64,000 nucleotides of DNA from Candidatus Riflebacteria bacterium HGW-Riflebacteria-1 (GCA_002839445.1 PGYB01000022.1:242-64241), one strand, 5' to 3'; shown: positions 1-7,608, numbered from the stretch's first letter. A program made the numbers and translations. The notes: a model not told the origin generated them from the sequence alone.

Positions 1-3
1 GGG

Positions 4-101
4 CATACACAAATGCGTAGACGCGGAAAATGAGGCCGGATCACGGGTCTTGCTTGCGCAACACCCGCGCCCGTCTCTCATTTCCGGTCACGACAGGCGT
101 T
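4..101 (+). repeat. Repeat module B, copy a (imperfect palindrome with attC-like ends)
   Basis: 15-101 matches 1615-1700 with about 9 differences in 87 nt (counted by eye). Similarity ends exactly after GGCGTT (96-101). Internal arms GGAAAA/TTTTCC and TGAGGC/GTCTCG can pair. Confidence 0.8.
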
Positions 102-364
102 TATGGCAAAAAAGAATTATGAATTGAAGACAATCGGACAACAATACGGGACAAAAATACAGAAGCAAATCCGTAATGGTAGAACCAGGTGACGCGAGCG
201 AAAGATTGTTCTTGGGCACAAGATTGTTTTCGTTGTAAAGTTTGTTTGGCTTGTTTGATGTGACGGAGATGCTTCGATTATTGGTGCACGGACGCAAGCG
301 AAGAATTTGATGTATTTGGTCTCAGAGATTAGCTTGCAAACAGAGTTTCGCTGAGTATAAGAAT
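102..364 (+). repeat. Repeat module A, copy a
   Basis: Matches 1392-1589 at roughly 90 percent by eye, apart from a ~52-nt insertion (about 261-312) bounded by a TTTGATGT direct repeat. Lies directly 5' of the ORF at 367. Confidence 0.8.
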
Positions 365-366
365 TA

Positions 367-1302
367 ATGACTATTTTTTTTGGGGTGAAACATATGACTG
401 AACCTGCCAAGAGAACGTTTTCAATAACAAAAACTGTATCTACATTTGGAGTGCCATTTACTATAATAGGCTCTATTTTACTTCTTGAGGGTAATGTTCT
501 CGCTTTCATCAATCTTGAGACACTTTTTGTCGTTGCCGGACTTCCTTTCTTCCTGCTACTGGGCAGCCACGGCAAGAAATTTATCGAGTTCCTGCCAGAG
601 GCGATGAAAACTCTTTTCCTCGACCCACCGGATCAAAACCCAAATTTTGCCCAAATTGCGAGGGATGGCGAAAAATTCGCTCTGGCGGCTGGAACAATTG
701 GTGTCGTGATTGGTCTTATCAACGTGCTTGGCAATCTTGCCGACCTGACAAAGGTTGGGCCGGCCATGTCCTTGTCGCTCCTTTCCATAGCTTATGGTCT
801 TATTTTATCCGAGTGTTTCTTTGCAGTTGTGGGCAGGGCCTACCAGACCGCGCAAAGCGACTCGACATTGGATACGAAGCATGGAATTGCTCTGTTAGCA
901 GGGGGAATCTTTGCATTTATGTGTTGTTTTTTCATCATGATGAATTATCACATTTCTCCCGCTTCAGAGCCTCAAGTTTACGAACAAGAAAACGAAATCA
1001 GCTTCACAGAAATTTCTATAGAAACAAACCTGGGGCAAATTCCTGAAGGCCATACGATCCAATTCATGGCCTGCCTGAAAAGTTCTGATCAGAAAACGAA
1101 AGATACTATTCTTTTCCTGGTCCCGGCGATCCGGGAAAGGATCATTGAGTTTATTCTCAAAAAAGAGTATACCGACTTGAGAGTTGCTTCCGCCTACGAA
1201 GGCTTGAAAGGAGAGGTGACTTCAATTGTTAATTCCCTTCTTAAGGAACATGGATGTCAGGAAATCCCCTCGGTAGTCTTCTCGGAGTTCCTGATAAAGT
1301 AG
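367..1302 (+). CDS. MotA/TolQ/ExbB-family channel fused to a FliL-like periplasmic domain
   Basis: 311-codon ORF with an in-frame ATG also at 394. AAGTIGVVIGLINVLGNLADLTKVGPAMSLSLLSIAYGLIL fits the MotA/ExbB TM3-TM4 signature. After a fifth TM segment (IALLAGGIFAFMCCFFIMMNY), the C-terminal ~110 aa (ISFTEISIETNL...VPAIRERIIEFILKKEYTDL...LKGEVTSIVNSLL...VVFSEFLIK) fit the FliL domain pattern. Confidence 0.7.
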   Translation: MTIFFGVKHMTEPAKRTFSITKTVSTFGVPFTIIGSILLLEGNVLAFINLETLFVVAGLPFFLLLGSHGKKFIEFLPEAMKTLFLDPPDQNPNFAQIARDGEKFALAAGTIGVVIGLINVLGNLADLTKVGPAMSLSLLSIAYGLILSECFFAVVGRAYQTAQSDSTLDTKHGIALLAGGIFAFMCCFFIMMNYHISPASEPQVYEQENEISFTEISIETNLGQIPEGHTIQFMACLKSSDQKTKDTILFLVPAIRERIIEFILKKEYTDLRVASAYEGLKGEVTSIVNSLLKEHGCQEIPSVVFSEFLIK

Positions 1303-1309
1303 AGTCAAT

Positions 1310-1391
1310 CTTGAACGATCAGTTTTTTTATTCAAGCCTCAGGTATAAGTGCTCCGCAGCGTTTTCGTTCGCGAACGCAAACTCGACAGTT
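1310..1391 (+). repeat. Degenerate B-like element
   Basis: Left end CTTGAACGATC resembles CTGTAACAATC of copy b. Right end CGACAGTT resembles CGAC(A/T)GGCGTT. Contains the palindrome CGTTCGCGAACG and the CTTGAA...TTCAAG hairpin. Confidence 0.4.
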
Positions 1392-1589
1392 ACAGCAAAA
1401 TAAAAACACAACCGAACAACAATACAGGACAAAATACAGAAACAAATCCGTAACGGTAGAACCAGGTGACGAGGGCAAAAGATTGTTCCTGGACGCATGA
1501 TTGTCTTCGTTGTAAAGTTTGTTTGGCTTGTTTGATGTGTTTGATCCCAGATATTGGCTTGCAAAGAGAGTTTCTCAGAGTATCAGAAT
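1392..1589 (+). repeat. Repeat module A, copy b
   Basis: Direct repeat of 102-364 (see copy a). Here it is followed directly by module B rather than by a gene. Confidence 0.8.
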
Positions 1590-1603
1590 GAATGGAATAA
1601 GAG

Positions 1604-1700
1604 CTGTAACAATCGCGTAGGCTCGGAAAATGAGGCCGGACCACGGGTCTTGCTTGCGCAACACCCGCCCCGTCTCGTTTTTCCCGTCACGACTGGCGTT
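1604..1700 (+). repeat. Repeat module B, copy b
   Basis: Direct repeat of 4-101. Starts with CTGTAAC (the exact inverse complement of GTTACAG at 1389-1395) and ends with GGCGTT followed by AGAC. Confidence 0.8.
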
Positions 1701-1790
1701 AGACTAAAAGAAATGAAATGGTTGCAAAAGGTTGCAAAACCAATCGAAAGTGAGTAATATTAAACTAAGATTAGGTTACAGGAGGCCAAA

Positions 1791-2009
1791 ATGGCTATCG
1801 CCATAAAAATTTCTGATTCATTAATTTCAGAAGCCAGGGTCTATAGTAAAGTCAACAATCGTTCTTTAACAGGACAAATTGAATTCTGGGCAAAAATTGG
1901 AAAGTGTTCGGAAGAAAACCCTGATTTGACCTATGAACAAATTAAAGAGATCTTGCTCGGACTTGAAGAGCTACATTCTGGACAGAAAATTGAATACAAA
2001 TTTGGCTAA
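1791..2009 (+). CDS. parD: ParD-like type II antitoxin
   Basis: 72 aa. RSLTGQIEFWAKIGK...ENPDL resembles the ParD-like antitoxin family. There is a 2-nt gap to the downstream toxin gene. Confidence 0.65.
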   Translation: MAIAIKISDSLISEARVYSKVNNRSLTGQIEFWAKIGKCSEENPDLTYEQIKEILLGLEELHSGQKIEYKFG

Positions 2010-2011
2010 AA

Positions 2012-2290
2012 ATGAAGATTTATCAATCCCCAACGTTTTTCAGGTACATCAAAAAGGTCGATAAAAAATTCAAGGCTGAAATTGACACCCAAGTCCGATT
2101 AATTGCCGAAAATCCGGAAGTCGGTGAGCAAAAAAGGGGTGATCTTCAAGAAATCCGAGTTCATAAATTTAAATATTCCAATTGTCTCCACCTCATGGCT
2201 TACAAACATGAAGATGACGAAATTCATTTGGTAATGCTTTCTACACATGAAAATTTTTATAGAGATCTTAAGAATTATATCAAAAAATAG
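2012..2290 (+). CDS. parE: RelE/ParE-family type II toxin
   Basis: 92 aa. Size, position after the antitoxin, and the pattern ...IRVHKF...LHLMAYKHEDDEIHLVMLSTHENFY are typical of ParE/RelE-fold toxins. Confidence 0.65.
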   Translation: MKIYQSPTFFRYIKKVDKKFKAEIDTQVRLIAENPEVGEQKRGDLQEIRVHKFKYSNCLHLMAYKHEDDEIHLVMLSTHENFYRDLKNYIKK

Positions 2291-2299
2291 TCTAATCGG

Positions 2300-2630
2300 G
2301 TAAAGAGGGAGCTTTCCCCCCTCCCTCCCACACAACCGTAAATGCGGGTCCGCATCCGGCGGTTCATGAACTAGATCGGGCCTTAGCCGGATAATGAATC
2401 TTCACCCACAGATCTTTAATGCAGATCAGTCCCATACTTGTAAGCCATCCATTTGAGATACCGATTTGAGTAGCCTTTGTTCTGGCGCTTTGACCGGCAT
2501 ACATTTATTACCGCCCACCGTCAATGAAGTGGGAAAGATGAGTTCACCCAAACATCGGCCGCAGAGTCGGGGAAAATCGTCACTGCAAAGGGTGAGATTG
2601 GCGACAGTTTTTACATAAATAATTGTCTTT
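2300..2630 (-). mobile_element. Group II intron 3' remnant (decayed maturase C-terminus, domain V-like and domain VI-like hairpins)
   Basis: The minus strand at 2333-2365 reads GAACCGCCGGATGCGGACCCGCATTTACGGTTG, resembling the domain V consensus GAGCCGTAT...ACGGTTC. A GAGGGAG/CTCCCTC hairpin lies at 2305-2327. Upstream, the minus strand translates (with stops and frame changes) to ...GQSARTKATQIGISNGWLTSMGLICIKDLW, like the C-terminal tail of intron-encoded RT/maturases. Confidence 0.5.
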
Positions 2631-3235
2631 TAATGCCTCAATTTTTTAATCAGTTTGTGGATAATCATCAGTCCCACATGCTGCAGCGCAACTGCCAGTA
2701 TGAACGTAATCACAAAAACCTTTATCCCGGTCAACATGGTCATACGGCTGAGCTTTGTGTACCACTTACTTCTTGTAAGCACTCCCTTGACAACGAATTG
2801 CCCCTGCCGCTTTCCGTAAAACACAGCATCTCTGCGGTCAAGTCCCTCGTCATCTCTTACAGTTCCATGGTATTCACAAACGATAAAACCGTCATCAGAG
2901 AAATCACCCACAGTCCCGTAGTTGCATACTGATGACTTGGTATGCAACATGGTCATATCAATAATTCCGCTGCTCTGCAAAATCTGCAGATTTTCAGGCG
3001 ATTCAGTAAAAATCTTTATTATCCTACCCGGCGCGGACTCTTTTTTATCGAGCATATTCCAGTTGTATTCGTGGATCTTACGGCTCAGCAAAGACCCTTG
3101 AGAGTGACAATGACTTCCAGGAACGCTTCTGGGAATTCGAAAATTAGGTATGGCGATAACTGATGCAATAATAAGACTGGTAAACAAAATTACTATAAGC
3201 TGTGTTTTCTGCAAAATACGCCCCCCTGACAACAC
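2630..3235 (-). CDS. Hypothetical membrane protein (N- and C-terminal TM segments)
   Basis: 201-codon ORF with a GTG start. Hydrophobic segments LIVILFTSLIIASVIAI and VFVITFILAVALQHVGLMII. No recognisable domain. Confidence 0.45.
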   Translation of the reverse strand: MLSGGRILQKTQLIVILFTSLIIASVIAIPNFRIPRSVPGSHCHSQGSLLSRKIHEYNWNMLDKKESAPGRIIKIFTESPENLQILQSSGIIDMTMLHTKSSVCNYGTVGDFSDDGFIVCEYHGTVRDDEGLDRRDAVFYGKRQGQFVVKGVLTRSKWYTKLSRMTMLTGIKVFVITFILAVALQHVGLMIIHKLIKKLRH

Positions 3236-3352
3236 TCATTTCAGCCGTTCCGTCAAGCTGTTCAAGTCCTGAAGACTTTTATTAAGACATCCAGGCTAGT
3301 TGCTTTTGCTTAAAAATCTGCACTCCCGAAAATTATAGCATGCCGGGCGTAC

Positions 3353-3385
3353 ACAAAAAAAGGAGCGGATGAAAACCCGCTCCTT
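3353..3385 (-). terminator. Rho-independent terminator downstream of the acyl-CoA dehydrogenase gene
   Basis: The minus strand reads GGAGCGGGTTTTCATCCGCTCC followed by a run of T. Confidence 0.7.
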
Positions 3386-3440
3386 AATTTTAGTCTTACT
3401 GGTCGAGGAAATCGTTTGAATCCTTTTTCCTCATTACGGA

Positions 3441-5165
3441 TCAGTAATCAATAAGTTCTCTATAATTATCTATTAATGTCACATCACCGCTCATTACTAC
3501 TGCATAAGATCTGTCGAATTCCGGAACGGCATCCAGTATATATCTTTCCGCAAAGAGTTCTCTTTCGGAGTCTTTGAGAGCGTCTCTCAGCATCAGATAA
3601 CTTACAAAAATATAAGTTTCCATTTCAACAAGATGCTTTGTGACTAAATCATAATAGGTTGAATCTTTCTTCTCTGCAACATACTGAACAGCGGTTTGTT
3701 GTTTTTTGCGCATTTCGTCTACATAAGTTGAGAGTCTCTTGAGTTTTCCATGGTAAGGAAGGCCGGCCAGTTCATCCATAATAGGATCGAGAACTCTCTG
3801 CATAATGCCGCCGATTGCAGCGACATGCTGAAGCTGAGTCGTTCCTTCGTAGATATTTGTGATTCTGGCGTCCCTGTAGAACCTTTCAGCATTGAAGTCC
3901 TTCATGTAGCCTGTTCCGCCGTGAATCTGTATCCCCTGGTAGCAGACTCTATTTGACATTTCAGTAGCAAAAGCTTTGCTCATAGGAGTAAGCACTGCCG
4001 CAATTTTGCTATAGAGTTTGTCTTTCTGCTTGTCTTCAGGAGTTACTTCTTCAGCTTTGCCATGTTCAACTATGCTGTTGTATGAATTTCTGAGGTCTAC
4101 CATTTTGGTTGTTTCATAGAGCAGAGTTCTGGCGGCCATAATTTCCATTTTCATGCTTGCCAGCATTGAAAACACCGGAGGGAATTCTTCGATGGCAGTT
4201 TTGAACTGTTTTCTTTCTGCCGCATATTTTCTTGCTTCCCTGTATGCTGCTTCGGCGATACCCAGGGCTTGCGCGCTGATTCCGACGCGTGCGCCATTCA
4301 TGAGGCTCATTACATATTTTATCAAACCGCGTTTTCTTTGTCCGCAGAGTTCAGCAGGTACACGGTTATACTGCAATTCTGCAGTCGCCACACCGTGTAT
4401 GCCCAGTTTATGCTCGATTCTTCTTACAACGAGCTCAGGGCCTGCTTCGCAGATAAACATTGAAAGTCCGCGTCCGTCTGAGGTGCCTTCTTCAGATCTG
4501 GCAAGAACGAGGTGGACTTTTGCGCATCCGTTGGTGATGAAGCGTTTCATCCCGTCGAGATACCACTGATTTGTTTTCGGATCGAGAGTGGCTTTAAGTC
4601 TAACTGACTGGAGGTCTGAACCTGAGTCTGGCTCTGTAAGGTCCATTGAACCGTCAGCTTCGCCGCTTGCGAATCTTGGCAGATATTTTTGCTTTTGTTC
4701 TTCTGTACCGAATTCGCAGATAGTTTCTGCTATGTCCTGGAGGCCGAAAAGGTTTTGCAGGCTGGCATCAGCTCTGGAAACCATTTCTGTCATCATTGTA
4801 TAGATCGTTACAGGGAAATTCAGCCCGCCGTATCTTCTTGGAAGCATAACGCCGAAAACTTCGGCATTTCTGAGTTCTTCCAGATTTTTAACAGTAAGCG
4901 GATGGTATGTAACCTTATTATTTTCGAAATGAGGGCCTTCCTCGTCCACAACTCTTGCCCTGGGAGCAATTCTTTCGCCTGAGATTTCGCCGACAAGTTC
5001 GAGAACTCTTTTGTAGTTGTCTTTGGCATCGGCGTAATTTTCAGGAGCGTAATCGAAATCTTCAGCCTGTTTATAATTATTCTCGCGAAGACTTACTACT
5101 TCTTCGAGTTCGAGATTAGCCAAGGTGAACTGGAGATCCTTATTATCAATAAAATAGTTAGACAT
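3441..5165 (-). CDS. Acyl-CoA dehydrogenase (long, ~570-aa type)
   Basis: 574 aa with ACAD-like blocks (GSDLQSVRLKA, FITNG, GIHGVATAELQYNRV, YEGTTQLQ). Sits directly downstream of etfBA. Confidence 0.85.
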   Translation of the reverse strand: MSNYFIDNKDLQFTLANLELEEVVSLRENNYKQAEDFDYAPENYADAKDNYKRVLELVGEISGERIAPRARVVDEEGPHFENNKVTYHPLTVKNLEELRNAEVFGVMLPRRYGGLNFPVTIYTMMTEMVSRADASLQNLFGLQDIAETICEFGTEEQKQKYLPRFASGEADGSMDLTEPDSGSDLQSVRLKATLDPKTNQWYLDGMKRFITNGCAKVHLVLARSEEGTSDGRGLSMFICEAGPELVVRRIEHKLGIHGVATAELQYNRVPAELCGQRKRGLIKYVMSLMNGARVGISAQALGIAEAAYREARKYAAERKQFKTAIEEFPPVFSMLASMKMEIMAARTLLYETTKMVDLRNSYNSIVEHGKAEEVTPEDKQKDKLYSKIAAVLTPMSKAFATEMSNRVCYQGIQIHGGTGYMKDFNAERFYRDARITNIYEGTTQLQHVAAIGGIMQRVLDPIMDELAGLPYHGKLKRLSTYVDEMRKKQQTAVQYVAEKKDSTYYDLVTKHLVEMETYIFVSYLMLRDALKDSERELFAERYILDAVPEFDRSYAVVMSGDVTLIDNYRELIDY

Positions 5166-5176
5166 TTTAAACCTCC

Positions 5177-6205
5177 TTAGACTTTAGCCTTGAAGGCTTT
5201 GATTAGTTTTGGAACGACATCTTTCAGTTCACCGACGATTCCGTAATGTGCTACAGAGAATATTGGAGCGCCCGGATCACTGTTAATAGCAATAATCTTC
5301 GCGCTCTCGTTCATTCCTGCGACGTGCTGAACTGAACCGCTTATGCCGCATGCGATGTAGAGTTTCGGCCTCACTGTAACGCCTGTCTGACCTACCTGAT
5401 AATCATGGTTAATCCAGCCTGCATCAACTGCCGCGCGGGATGCCGCGACTTGCCCGCCGAGAGCTTCAGCGAGATGTTCAATGAGTTTGAAGTTTTCTTT
5501 TGTGCCGACCCCGTACCCGCCGGCAACGATTATCGATGCTTTTTTGAGGTCAACAGTTTTCGGCTTGCTTACTCTTTTGATTACCTTCATTACTTTTGCT
5601 TCATCTGACAGTTCAGGAGTAACTTTTACAACTTTGCCTTTTTTCGAAGTGTCAGGAGCCGTAAGTTTCATTACGCCCTCTCTGACTGTAACCATCTGCG
5701 GATCTTCCCAGGTGTTAACGATTGTGGCTATGATGTTTCCGCCGAAAGCAGGCCTTATCTGCATGAGTTTGCTTTTGTAGCTGACCTTGTTGACCTTGTC
5801 TTCGAAGTCATCGATTTGCAAATCCGTGCAGTCAGCTGTGAGTCCGCACATCATTTCTGAGGCTACTCTTGGTGCAAGTTCTCTGCCCTTCAGCGTAGCG
5901 CCGAACAGTAGAATATTTGGCTTGTGCTTTTTTAAGAGTTTTACAAGAGCCTGAGCATACGGAAGAACGGTAAAAGGTTCGAGAGCCTTGTCTTCTACCT
6001 GATAGACTGTTTCACATCCGTAATGAAAGAGGGAATCAAAGTTTCCGTCGAGTTTGTCTCCGAGTATTACTGCTTCGCTGACGACTCCGAGTTGCTTTGC
6101 AAGCTCAGTTCCCTTGCATACGAGTTCAAGGCTGACCTCGGCAATCTTGCTGCCTTCCTGTTCAATAAATATCCAAACATTTCCTTTATTATTCATATTT
6201 ATCAC
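5177..6205 (-). CDS. etfA: Electron transfer flavoprotein alpha subunit
   Basis: 342 aa. C-terminal FAD-binding block AASRAAVDAGW...QVGQTG..V.PKLYIACGISGSVQH..GM is typical of EtfA/FixB. Confidence 0.9.
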   Translation of the reverse strand: MINMNNKGNVWIFIEQEGSKIAEVSLELVCKGTELAKQLGVVSEAVILGDKLDGNFDSLFHYGCETVYQVEDKALEPFTVLPYAQALVKLLKKHKPNILLFGATLKGRELAPRVASEMMCGLTADCTDLQIDDFEDKVNKVSYKSKLMQIRPAFGGNIIATIVNTWEDPQMVTVREGVMKLTAPDTSKKGKVVKVTPELSDEAKVMKVIKRVSKPKTVDLKKASIIVAGGYGVGTKENFKLIEHLAEALGGQVAASRAAVDAGWINHDYQVGQTGVTVRPKLYIACGISGSVQHVAGMNESAKIIAINSDPGAPIFSVAHYGIVGELKDVVPKLIKAFKAKV

Positions 6206-7131
6206 CCTAAAGTATGGTCTTCGATAAGTTCGCGAATTAACCCATTTATGCCTGCTTCTGTAGGCTCAATGGAAACGACTTTGCCGGCCTTGAGGACGAC
6301 GTTTTCTATTTTCTTCACTTTGGTCGGTGAACCTTTTAATCCGATTCTGTTTACATCAGCCTGGATTTTTGCGGCATCCCACTCGTAAATCCAGAGGTTT
6401 TTAGCCTTCATTTCGTTTTCCTTGTCAGCCAGAGCCTGTGCATCTGTATAATCCGCATCTCTCATGAGTTTGGCTAACTCGGAATGGGTTTTAGCTTTTT
6501 TGTATTTCATTATGCCTTTTGCTGAGGCTGATCTTGGCTCGTTCGCATCAATGACCGTAAGGAGGGACGGAAGAGGGGATTCGAGAATCTCGTAACCGCC
6601 TTCGATGGCGCGTTTTGCCTTGATTGCTTTATCGGATATACTGATTACCTCTTCTACATAAGCGATTTGCGGTATGTTGAGTTTTTCTGCGATCTGCGGA
6701 CCTACCTGAGCAGTATCGCCGTCAATAGCCTGTCTGCCGCAGAGGATGAGATCGACATTTCCAACCGTTTTTACGCAACAGCTCAACGCATAGCTTGTAG
6801 CGAGCGTATCTGCTCCGGCAAATGCTCTGTCTGTAATAAGGATTGCTTCATCAGCGCCTCTATAAAGGCATTCTCTAAGGACTTCCGCCGCGTTCGGAGG
6901 GCCCATTGTAGCAACTGTGACTTTGAAGTTATATCTTTCTTTTAACTGCAGACCCAGCTCCAGAGCATTCAGATCTTCCGGGTTAAATATTGCCGGCAGA
7001 GCGGCTCTATTTACTGTTCCCTCCGGCGTCATAGCCTCGCCTGAAATGTTCTTGGTGTCAGGTACCTGCTTTACGAAAACTATTAATTGGCGCTTCACAC
7101 TAGGTCTCCTGTATTGTTGTTGTATAGTCAA
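6202..7131 (-). CDS. etfB: Electron transfer flavoprotein beta subunit (long form)
   Basis: 309 aa. VKQVPDT...NPEDLNALELGLQLKE...GRQAIDGDTAQVGP...GLKGSPTKV are typical of EtfB/FixA. Overlaps etfA by 4 nt. Confidence 0.9.
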   Translation of the reverse strand: MTIQQQYRRPSVKRQLIVFVKQVPDTKNISGEAMTPEGTVNRAALPAIFNPEDLNALELGLQLKERYNFKVTVATMGPPNAAEVLRECLYRGADEAILITDRAFAGADTLATSYALSCCVKTVGNVDLILCGRQAIDGDTAQVGPQIAEKLNIPQIAYVEEVISISDKAIKAKRAIEGGYEILESPLPSLLTVIDANEPRSASAKGIMKYKKAKTHSELAKLMRDADYTDAQALADKENEMKAKNLWIYEWDAAKIQADVNRIGLKGSPTKVKKIENVVLKAGKVVSIEPTEAGINGLIRELIEDHTLG

Positions 7132-7149
7132 TTATGAGACAAGATCTTA

Positions 7150-7590
7150 ACATCTTATCACTATAGAGGCAAATAGTTTCCATTTCAGCAGTTTCGTATA
7201 ATAAAATCAGGGCAAACGCAAGCAATTTATTATAAAGCACCTTTGAGCCACTGCTGCGGCCCAGCGTAATGCATGTGACCTGCTGATTTTCACCGACTGT
7301 CAGAACGTCTGGAATCGGTCTGATCTGGGGCGGCTTTACAATGTCTACCCACTTCCATTTCTTACTTCCAGAAGAATTGCAGGCCGCCCCGGTCGGCTCT
7401 AACAGTACTCCAGAAGCGGACAGTAATGAAATGGTCAAAGTAATCTTTTAAATCCTGCTTTCCCAGATTGCCTGGACATCGATCAAAGTAGCGGGCAATC
7501 CTGATGATGGCACGGCTGTAGGTGAACCTGTCTCCCTCCAGTCGCAGGTTAGCTCCGCGTTCGACGCAAAAAAAACCAATCAACCCGGAC
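7150..7590 (-). pseudogene. Truncated, frameshifted tyrosine recombinase (N-terminal fragment only)
   Basis: Two minus-strand fragments in different frames read ...YSRAIIRIARYFDRCPGNLGKQDLKDYFDHFITVRFWSTVRADRGGLQFFWK and KWKWVDIVKPPQIRPIPDVLTVGENQQV...LILLYETAE. These are colinear with the SAM-like N-terminal domain and the start of the catalytic domain of phage-integrase-family recombinases. No catalytic RHRY region follows. Confidence 0.55.
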
Positions 7591-7608
7591 CACCGTTCTA
7601 ATCCCTGG

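Noticed and set aside
128-205. Short matches of module A to Ll.LtrB domain I strings (AGACAATCGG, ATACGGGA-CA, AGCGAAAG).
   Set aside because: The matches occur in the reverse order relative to the intron, so they cannot be colinear homology. They are most likely chance.
1499-1537. 12-codon hydrophobic ORF (MIVFVVKFVWLV) in module A copy b, as a possible type I toxin.
   Set aside because: Its ATG is AAG in copy a, so it is not conserved between the two copies.
88-1644. Minus-strand ORFs in the repeats (88-297, 117-575, 1328-1564, 1390-1644) that share the peptide HQTSQTNFTTKTI...RHLVLPLRICFCI.
   Set aside because: The shared peptide simply reflects the DNA repeat (module A). The frames are broken differently in the two copies and overlap the MotA-FliL gene start.
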